From Fidelibacterota bacterium (GTDB lineage: Bacteria > Fidelibacterota > Marinisomatia > Marinisomatales > Marinisomataceae), in contig JAQXAG010000075.1 of assembly GCA_029253045.1 (NCBI GenBank), positions 1 to 41,340 on the forward strand: a stretch of DNA of 41,340 nt, given 5' to 3'. Under the pieces are notes generated by a model, which was not told where the DNA came from, searched no databases, and saw only the letters and a list, made by a program, of their open reading frames with translations. Of the stretch, positions 1 to 7,012 are shown piece after piece; the stretch's first letter is position 1; each line of letters starts with the position of its first letter. The position numbers were made by a program, and so were the translations under genes.

Positions 1-91
1 GTACATTATCATATGTACCATATCTATTAACAATCTTATCGATACTAATAGATCCAAAAACTAATGCCTGATGTGAGTGATTTGAAGTCAT
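1..91 (-). CDS. Probable PfkB-family carbohydrate/nucleoside kinase, N-terminal 30 codons only (runs off window edge)
   Basis: Hand translation from ATG at 91: MTSNHSHQALVFGSISIDKIVNRYGTYDNV, resembling the PfkB N-terminal 'vvGSia.D.i....G....vlGG' pattern; divergent from mnmA. Confidence 0.55.
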   Translation of the reverse strand, partial: MTSNHSHQALVFGSISIDKIVNRYGTYDNV

Positions 92-124
92 AAAATTTTT
101 TACTAAGATAACAACGTAAACAAT

Positions 125-1231
125 ATGAAAAAAGAAAAAATAGTCTTAGGTATTAGTGGAGGCGTTGATAGCTCCGTAGCAGCGGTGTTATTACAAAAAA
201 GTGGATATGATGTGTACGGTGTATTTATGAAAAACTGGGACGATAAACATGCCATTTGCTCTGCAGAAGATGATTATGCTGATGCGCTCAGTGTATGTAA
301 AAAGTTAAATATTCCTTTAAAAAAAATTGATTATACAAATCAATATAAAGATAAAGTATTTAAGCAATTTCTAGATGATCATGTGCACGGATTGACTCCA
401 AATCCTGATATATTATGCAATAAAGAAATTAAATTTGAAGTCTTCCAAAATTACGCAAATGAAATAGGTGCTACAAAAATTGCTACAGGACATTATGCAG
501 ATAAATATGATGATAGCTCTACATGTTATTTAAAAAAAGCTACAGACCTTTCAAAAGACCAGAGCTACTTTCTTCATCAATTAGGTCAATCAGAATTAAA
601 AGGTACAATCTTCCCTTTAGGTAAAATATTAAAAAAAAATGTCAGAATAATTGCAAAAAAGTATTCTCTCATTAACTATAATAAAAAAGATAGCACTGGA
701 ATATGTTTTATTGGAGAAAGAAAGTATAATGATTTTGTAGGAAAATACTTAACCGTAGAGAAGGGAAATATTCAGTCTCTTGATGGAGAAATTTTAGGGA
801 CCCATAATGGTCATATCTATTTTACAATCGGCCAAAGGAAAGGTTTGGGTATTGGTGCAAGACTCACTTCGCAAGACAAGCCTTGGTATGTAGTAAAAAA
901 AGATATTGATAAAAACATTATTTTCGTAGCTCAAGGTGAAAATCATCCTGCACTTTTTAGCAAACAAATTATAGTAGAGCATGTAAATTGGATTAATCTA
1001 AAACCTAAAACATTCCCAAAAAAATATTTTGCCAAAGTAAGATACAGGGATAAAGATAAGCTATGTACTATTTTTTCATTAGATAACGATACATATCTCG
1101 TTAAATTTAAATCTAAACAAAAGGCCATTACTCCAGGACAATCAATTGTCTTATATGACAAAGAAGGTGTTTGTATTGGAGGTGGTATTATTTCAAAAAG
1201 AGATATACCTTTTTTGAAGGAGAGTATTTAA
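125..1231 (+). CDS. mnmA: tRNA-specific 2-thiouridylase MnmA
   Basis: SGGVDS PP-loop, MKNW, PNPDILCN, ATGHY, KDQSYFL, DSTGICFIG, TIGQRKGLG, TPGQ motifs. Confidence 0.97.
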   Translation: MKKEKIVLGISGGVDSSVAAVLLQKSGYDVYGVFMKNWDDKHAICSAEDDYADALSVCKKLNIPLKKIDYTNQYKDKVFKQFLDDHVHGLTPNPDILCNKEIKFEVFQNYANEIGATKIATGHYADKYDDSSTCYLKKATDLSKDQSYFLHQLGQSELKGTIFPLGKILKKNVRIIAKKYSLINYNKKDSTGICFIGERKYNDFVGKYLTVEKGNIQSLDGEILGTHNGHIYFTIGQRKGLGIGARLTSQDKPWYVVKKDIDKNIIFVAQGENHPALFSKQIIVEHVNWINLKPKTFPKKYFAKVRYRDKDKLCTIFSLDNDTYLVKFKSKQKAITPGQSIVLYDKEGVCIGGGIISKRDIPFLKESI

Positions 1232-1960
1232 GTGAGCAATAAATTACATATTGGTATTCTTGCAGCTGGAAAAGGCTCAAGAATGGAGTCTACATTACCC
1301 AAGGTCTTACATAAATTAAACGGTAAAAGCTTAATTGACTATGTACTAGAAACCGCATCAGAACTAAATCCAGAATCTACAACGCTTGTAGTTGGTTTTG
1401 AAAAAGATCTCGTAAAGAGCCATACTCAAAATTATAAAGTGAACTACGTATCTCAAGATAATCAACTAGGAACTGGCCATGCTGTATTACAAATGCAAAG
1501 CATATTAGAAAATCAGCACGGACATTTATTAATTTTATCTGGGGATGTTCCGAATATAAGCTCAAATAGTCTCTTGCCTATTATAAGTCATCATATTAAA
1601 AATAATCGCTGTGCAACAGTAGTTACTGCAGTTGTCAGTGATTCTACTGGGTATGGTCGTATTGTAAGAAATATTAATGGGGAACTACTAAAGATTGTTG
1701 AAGAAAAAGATTGTAACGATGAACAGAGAGGCATTAAAGAAATCAATTCTGGTATATTTATATTTAAAATATCAGAATTATTTCCTGAATTAAAAAACAT
1801 AAAATCTAATAACGCACAGAGTGAATACTATCTAACTGATGTTATGGAATTAATTGGCAAAAAAATGCCAGTTCATGCAAGCATAATTGAAGATTCTTCT
1901 GAAGTGCTAGGAATTAACACTATAAATCAATTAAGTGATCTGGAAAATAATAACTCATGA
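1232..1960 (+). CDS. Sugar-phosphate nucleotidyltransferase, GlmU N-terminal (uridyltransferase) domain only
   Basis: GTG start after AAGGAG; LAAGKGSRM...PKVLH, QLGTGHA, GDVP, GYGRIVR, EINSG, EYYLTD, GIN motifs; ends at 242 aa with no hexapeptide acetyltransferase domain. Confidence 0.85.
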   Translation: MSNKLHIGILAAGKGSRMESTLPKVLHKLNGKSLIDYVLETASELNPESTTLVVGFEKDLVKSHTQNYKVNYVSQDNQLGTGHAVLQMQSILENQHGHLLILSGDVPNISSNSLLPIISHHIKNNRCATVVTAVVSDSTGYGRIVRNINGELLKIVEEKDCNDEQRGIKEINSGIFIFKISELFPELKNIKSNNAQSEYYLTDVMELIGKKMPVHASIIEDSSEVLGINTINQLSDLENNNS

Positions 1961-2430
1961 AATACTTTTTGAATGCCATTATTATTATTCTTTCATTTAT
2001 AATCATAACATTTGGATGGTCCATATCTAAAACTTTAATTGACAAAAATGCTATGACTATAATAGAGTCTTCAAGGGTAAAATCAACAACAAAAATTAAA
2101 CTATTTGAAAATTATGACAATCAAACATTAAAGGTTGGTATACTAAATGGATGTGGTGTTAGCGGAATAGGAAATCAATTTTCTGAAATGTTAAATAGTA
2201 AGTATGGACTTGTAATTGTAAGAACTGAAAATGCAGATAATTTTGACTATGAAACAACTAAAGTGGTAATCATTAACGAGTCTAATCCTAATATTGAAAA
2301 TATATTAACTATTTTAGGAATGACTATTAATGATGAAAACGTAGAATTTAATAGCTCTTATAATCCTCAAGAAGATATTCAAATAATCATTGGAAAAGAC
2401 TACTCAGATTTTCTTAACTTGAACCAATGA
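1957..2430 (+). CDS. LytR C-terminal domain membrane protein
   Basis: N-terminal TM helix; 'VGILNGCGVSGIG', 'ENADNFDY' and 'IIIGKDY' are typical of LytR_C. Confidence 0.8.
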   Translation: MKYFLNAIIIILSFIIITFGWSISKTLIDKNAMTIIESSRVKSTTKIKLFENYDNQTLKVGILNGCGVSGIGNQFSEMLNSKYGLVIVRTENADNFDYETTKVVIINESNPNIENILTILGMTINDENVEFNSSYNPQEDIQIIIGKDYSDFLNLNQ

Positions 2431-2756
2431 AAACAAATCCATTATTAAAAAAAATTGTTACGCTAGCTGAAGAAAAAAAGGCTGAAGAATTAGTAGCGCT
2501 TAACGTTACAAAAATCACTTCATTGTCTGATTATTTTGTGATTTGCTCTGCTAAGAATATGATTCAGGTCAAAGCAATTGCTGATAATATTAAAGATAAC
2601 ATTGATGAAAAGCCTTGGCGAACAGAAGGATACCAAAATTCAAATTGGATCATTATTGATTACGTAGATGTTGTAGTGCATATCTTTTTTGAAGAAACCC
2701 GTCGTTATTACGACCTCGAACGCATCTGGTTTGATGCGAAAACTGTCAAAATATAA
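2427..2756 (+). CDS. rsfS: Ribosome silencing factor RsfS
   Basis: EKKA, DYFVICS, EG...WIIIDYVDVVVHIF, RRYYDLERIW motifs. Confidence 0.95.
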   Translation: MKTNPLLKKIVTLAEEKKAEELVALNVTKITSLSDYFVICSAKNMIQVKAIADNIKDNIDEKPWRTEGYQNSNWIIIDYVDVVVHIFFEETRRYYDLERIWFDAKTVKI

Positions 2757-4375
2757 TGATTCAAAAGAAATTAGAATCTTTTATAGGTGAATACTTAAAA
2801 GCTAATAGTTGTGAGATTCAAAATTGGAGTGTTTCAGCTAATACAAAGCAAGGTTTTGGAGATTACTCATCTAATATTGCACTTATTTTATCAAAGAAAA
2901 TTAGACAAAATCCAATGGAAATTGCCGAAAAAATAGTTGCATCTCATAATAAAGATGAATCTCTCTTTTCTTTATCTGCAACCAAACCAGGATTCGTCAA
3001 TTTTCACATTTCTGTCGATTATTATTTAAATATTTTAAAAAAAATTTTAGATGAAGGAACTGATTTTGGTAAACCTGTTAAGCATGCTAAAACTGCGAAT
3101 GTAGAATTTGTAAGTAGTAATCCTACCGGTCCACTTACTGCCGGTCATGGTAGAAATACAATACTTGGCGATATGGTATCAAGCATTCTAACATGGCACG
3201 GCTATAATGTTACACGAGAGTATTACTACAATAATGCAGGTAAACAAATGCGAATGCTAACTGAATCTTCTTATGCAAAATATGCAAAGAAGATTGGTAG
3301 AGACGTAGCTCCACCTGAGAGTGGCTATATTGGAGAATACTTAGATGATATTGCCAATGAAATCATTCAAAAGTTTGGTAAAAATTTAGATTCAGACAGT
3401 GTGGAATTTCGAAAATTTACAGAAAAAAAGATTTTTGATAGCATTAAAGGTACTTTAAAAAGCCTTGGTATTGAATTTGACATTTTTTCAGAAGAACAAA
3501 GCCTATATGAAAATGGTGCTATTAATAATGTATTGAGAAGATTAGAAGAATTATCCTTATCATATAAAAAAGATGGGGCTACATGGTTTAAAACAACTAG
3601 CTTGGGCAAAAAAGAAGATAAAGTTTTAGTAAAAAGTACTGGTGAGCCAACATACCGTCTACCAGATATTGCATATCATATAGATAAAGTAGAAAGAGAA
3701 TTTGATTTAATAGTAGATATATTCGGAGCAGATCATATTGATACTTATCCAGATGTATTACTAGGATTGGAAGCTTTAGGTGTCAAAACAGATCATATTA
3801 AAGTAATCATACACCAATTTGTTACTCTTAAAAAAGGTGATGAGGTCGTAAAAATGTCTACTCGAAAAGCAAATTTTATTACACTTGATGATTTAGTAGA
3901 GCAGTTAGGTGTAGATGTTGTGAGATATTTCTTTATTATGAGAGGCGCAAATAGCCATCTAGATTTTGATTTTGATTTAGCTAAAGATGAATCTGAAAAA
4001 AATCCGGTTTATTATTTACAATATGCGCATGCAAGAATTTCTAATTTGATTATAAGATATGATAATGAGATTAAAGAAAAGACAGATCTTGATATGAGTC
4101 TCTTAAATGAAAAAGATGAAGTATCTCTTATAAAGAAATTATCAGCATTCCCTACAAAAATGAATGAATTACACCAATCTTTAGAGCCAAGGAAATTAGC
4201 TACCTATCTTGAAGAAGTTGCTGCAGCATACCATAAGTTTTATGGTAACCATAAAGTCATTAATCTTGATAATATTCCATTATCTTATGCAAGAAAAAAT
4301 CTTTGTAATGCTACGCAAATTATTTTAAAAACAGGGTTATCTATTTTAGGAATTACTGCTCCTGAAAAAATGTAA
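2756..4375 (+). CDS. argS: Arginine--tRNA ligase
   Basis: FGDYSSN, EFVSSNPTGPLTAGHGR (HIGH-like), GADH, KMSTR, YYLQYAHARI, C-terminal APEKM. Confidence 0.96.
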   Translation: MIQKKLESFIGEYLKANSCEIQNWSVSANTKQGFGDYSSNIALILSKKIRQNPMEIAEKIVASHNKDESLFSLSATKPGFVNFHISVDYYLNILKKILDEGTDFGKPVKHAKTANVEFVSSNPTGPLTAGHGRNTILGDMVSSILTWHGYNVTREYYYNNAGKQMRMLTESSYAKYAKKIGRDVAPPESGYIGEYLDDIANEIIQKFGKNLDSDSVEFRKFTEKKIFDSIKGTLKSLGIEFDIFSEEQSLYENGAINNVLRRLEELSLSYKKDGATWFKTTSLGKKEDKVLVKSTGEPTYRLPDIAYHIDKVEREFDLIVDIFGADHIDTYPDVLLGLEALGVKTDHIKVIIHQFVTLKKGDEVVKMSTRKANFITLDDLVEQLGVDVVRYFFIMRGANSHLDFDFDLAKDESEKNPVYYLQYAHARISNLIIRYDNEIKEKTDLDMSLLNEKDEVSLIKKLSAFPTKMNELHQSLEPRKLATYLEEVAAAYHKFYGNHKVINLDNIPLSYARKNLCNATQIILKTGLSILGITAPEKM

Positions 4376-4381
4376 AATAGC

Positions 4382-5614
4382 ATGTCTGATATAACAAGAC
4401 GAGAATTTATTCGAAGAAGCTTAATACTTTCTGCTGGTGCATCATTGATAATTTCTTGTGAGGACAACGAAAATATTCCATCTAATCCTATCTCAAGCTC
4501 TCCAGGAATGCTGAGCTCAAATGGTAATGCAAAAAAAATTATAGTAATAGGTGCTGGTATGTCTGGGTTGGTTGCGGCATATGAATTAGTTAGAGTTGGG
4601 CATGATGTGACTATTTTAGAAGCGAGAGATAGAATAGGTGGCCGAGTCCTTACTATTCGATCCCCATTTTCGAATAACCATTTTGCAGAAGGTGGTGCTG
4701 CGAGAATCAAGCCCAGCCATAATCTAACCCTTGGTTATGCCAATCATTTCAATTTAAACTTAGACCCCTTTTATGCTACTTCTGGAGATTATGTAAATAT
4801 GTCAAATGGGAATCGTGAAATTATTTCAAATAATACTTACTTAAATACTAGCTATGGTTCCATTTTACGTAATGAATATTTGAAAATACGGGGCGGGTCA
4901 GATCTCCTGCCACATTCATTTTATAATTCTAGCGCTTTAAATAATAAAATATATCTTGGGGTTCCAGTTACTTCTATTCACCAACAGAATAATAATGTAA
5001 CTGTCCAAACTTCTAATGGTAATCAATTTATTGCTGATAGAGTACTATGTACGGTACCTATAACGGTACTTAATAAAATTCAATTTACTCCACCGCTATC
5101 ACCCGAAAAGCAAACTGCAATGAACGGTGGATATCGCTATGCACCCTCAACTAGAGTTTATATGCAATTTCAAAATAGATTCTGGGAAAATGAATCTTTG
5201 AATGGTTGGGGTAATAGTGATATACCTGAAGAAATATGGCAACCTACATGGGACTTGGCAGGCTCTACTGGAATCATAATGTCTTATTTGCGTTGGACTG
5301 CTGCACAAGAAATGGATGCATTAAGTGAAGAAGAACGTATCAATTATATATTAAGTCGTTGGGAAAATATTTTTCCTGGTGCAGCCAGTAGTCTACAAAG
5401 TGGGATGTCTCAATCTTGGGCTGAAGAAGAATGGTCTAAAGGCGCATGGGCCTCACCTACAGGCTCTCAAGATGCCGCTCTGGCAAATCATATCGGCTTA
5501 GCTGAAGATCGTATTCATTTTGCTGGTGAGCATGCATCAGATGATCATGGCTGGATGCAAGGGGCATTGTTTTCTGGACTGCGTGCAGCTGCAGAAATTA
5601 ATGAAGGAAATTGA
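4382..5614 (+). CDS. Flavin monoamine/L-amino-acid oxidase family protein, predicted Tat-exported lipoprotein
   Basis: TRREFI twin-arginine motif and LIISC lipobox; GAGMSG dinucleotide motif, EARDRIGGR, EGGAARI, HFAGEH, GWMQGALFSG. Confidence 0.85.
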   Translation: MSDITRREFIRRSLILSAGASLIISCEDNENIPSNPISSSPGMLSSNGNAKKIIVIGAGMSGLVAAYELVRVGHDVTILEARDRIGGRVLTIRSPFSNNHFAEGGAARIKPSHNLTLGYANHFNLNLDPFYATSGDYVNMSNGNREIISNNTYLNTSYGSILRNEYLKIRGGSDLLPHSFYNSSALNNKIYLGVPVTSIHQQNNNVTVQTSNGNQFIADRVLCTVPITVLNKIQFTPPLSPEKQTAMNGGYRYAPSTRVYMQFQNRFWENESLNGWGNSDIPEEIWQPTWDLAGSTGIIMSYLRWTAAQEMDALSEEERINYILSRWENIFPGAASSLQSGMSQSWAEEEWSKGAWASPTGSQDAALANHIGLAEDRIHFAGEHASDDHGWMQGALFSGLRAAAEINEGN

Positions 5615-6315
5615 TGCTTACTATAGGTCACAGAGGTGCTCGTGGATATATTGCAGAAAACACTATAGAATCTATACAAAAAGCTCTGGATTTAAATGTT
5701 GATGGTATTGAAATAGATGTTTTCAGATGTGCATCTGGAGAAATTGTAGTATTCCATGATACAAAACTTAAACGCCTTACTGGACATAATGGATTGATTG
5801 AAGAAACTACTTTTGAGGAATTAAAAAATATACTAGTAGCAGGAAGATATAGAATACCTACACTTCAACAGGTACTTGAAAAGATAGATGGTAAAATATT
5901 ACTAAATGTTGAACTAAAAGGTGAAAATACTGCTATTCCAACTGCAACTATACTAAAACAATATCTTAGTGATTCACAATCTGACATCAAAAAATTAATT
6001 GTTTCTAGTAAAAATTGGAAAGAATTAACACTTTTCAAAAATCTTGGTACCAATATACCTATCGGTGTGCTTAGTAATTATAATATATTTTTAGAAAAAG
6101 GATTAAACGATATAATCAAAAAGGGTGAGGAGCTGAATGCTGTAGCTATACACCCTAAATTTTCTATTTTGAATAAGAAAGCAATAGATCGGATGCACTC
6201 TGCCGGATTTTTAGTATATAGCTGGACTATCAATAGAGAAAAAGACATTAAGCGCGCAATTGCGTTAGGTGTTGATGGAATCATTACTGACTTTCCCGAT
6301 CGGATTCCAGATTAA
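5611..6315 (+). CDS. Glycerophosphodiester phosphodiesterase (GDPD) family
   Basis: GHRGA, ENT, GIEIDV, VVFHD, NVELK, WTIN, GVDGIITDFP; the true start may be the ATG at 5614. Confidence 0.92.
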   Translation: MMLTIGHRGARGYIAENTIESIQKALDLNVDGIEIDVFRCASGEIVVFHDTKLKRLTGHNGLIEETTFEELKNILVAGRYRIPTLQQVLEKIDGKILLNVELKGENTAIPTATILKQYLSDSQSDIKKLIVSSKNWKELTLFKNLGTNIPIGVLSNYNIFLEKGLNDIIKKGEELNAVAIHPKFSILNKKAIDRMHSAGFLVYSWTINREKDIKRAIALGVDGIITDFPDRIPD

Positions 6316-6323
6316 TATATGTG

Positions 6324-6668
6324 TGGAGGCGGGGAGATTCGAACTCCCGTCCATAATAGAGAAAAGATAAATATCTACATGTTTAGTTACTCGATCAAGT
6401 TTCGCCTTATACAGGTTCAAGAACAGACGAATATAAGACTATCTTCTAAGTGGTCACTTATTTAATCGAAGCAAAAAAATAAGCTATCTCATTTTTATGA
6501 CATCATTCAGACAGCGATGAGAAACGCCTACTGGTGATGGGTTATAGCAACTAAGCTACAGCCATTTGGCCATAATCGGCACTTAATACAGTTTAGAAGT
6601 TTTGAGAGTTACTAAGCTCTACATGCAACTTAAAATTTCTTTCTAAAATGTCGAAACCGGTCGCCCCC
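6324..6668 (-). ncRNA. ssrA: tmRNA (transfer-messenger RNA)
   Basis: Minus strand starts GGGGGCGACCGGTTTCGAC and ends GGGAGTTCGAATCTCCCCGCCTCCA. Acceptor stem GGGGGCG/CGCCTCC has the alanine G3-U70 pair; T-arm TTCGAAT. Tag frame 6580->6551 reads GCC GAT TAT GGC CAA ATG GCT GTA GCT TAG = (A)ADYGQMAVA*. CCA is not encoded. Confidence 0.95.
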
Positions 6669-6705
6669 AATTGTCAAATACAATGGAAGATACGACCTTT
6701 TTTAT

Positions 6706-6745
6706 AAACAAAAAAGGCTCTGTAGCGCCAACCTCAGAGCCTTTT
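6706..6745 (-). terminator. Intrinsic terminator-like hairpin with no annotated upstream gene
   Basis: AAAAGGCTCTG (6712-6722) / CAGAGCCTTTT (6735-6745) inverted repeat; on the minus strand the GC stem is followed by TTTTTTGTTT. Confidence 0.7.
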
Positions 6746-6912
6746 CGATTGCTTGTATTTGCGTACAATATCTAATTAAAGACTACTTTAAGCTAATAGT
6801 GTTTTATATAATTGGGCAATACTTAAATTTAAAAATGTGAAAAAAAAAATTAAAAATCTCTTTTTTACAGTACCGAATCTGGATTCTCGACCTTAAATTA
6901 ATGCCTAGTTTT

Positions 6913-6984
6913 GCCGACGTAGCTCAATGGTAGAGCAGGGGCCTTTTAAGCCCTTGGTTGTAGGTTCGAGTCCTTCCGTCGGTA
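6913..6984 (+). tRNA. tRNA-Lys(UUU)
   Basis: GCCGACG/CGTCGGT acceptor, GCTC/GAGC D stem, GGGGC-CTTTTAA-GCCCT anticodon arm (TTT), GGTTCGAGTCC T arm, discriminator A; CCA not encoded. Confidence 0.93.
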
Positions 6985-7012
6985 CTAAGTTTTATTAAAG
7001 TGGTTAATTGTA

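Noticed and set aside
4370-6335. Integrative element at the tmRNA 3' end
   Set aside because: No integrase, and I found no second copy of the tmRNA 3' sequence near argS; kept only as a possible relic islet.
6669-6770. 6S RNA or SRP RNA
   Set aside because: Too short and too asymmetric for the 6S central bubble, and it lacks the SRP domain IV motif.
6745-6790. c-di-GMP-I riboswitch (GTACGCAAA resembles its junction)
   Set aside because: The upstream GGCAAAC/GNRA stem and the rest of the aptamer are absent.
6985-7012. Glycine riboswitch upstream of gcvP
   Set aside because: Only 28 nt separate the tRNA and the ATG, with no aptamer motifs.
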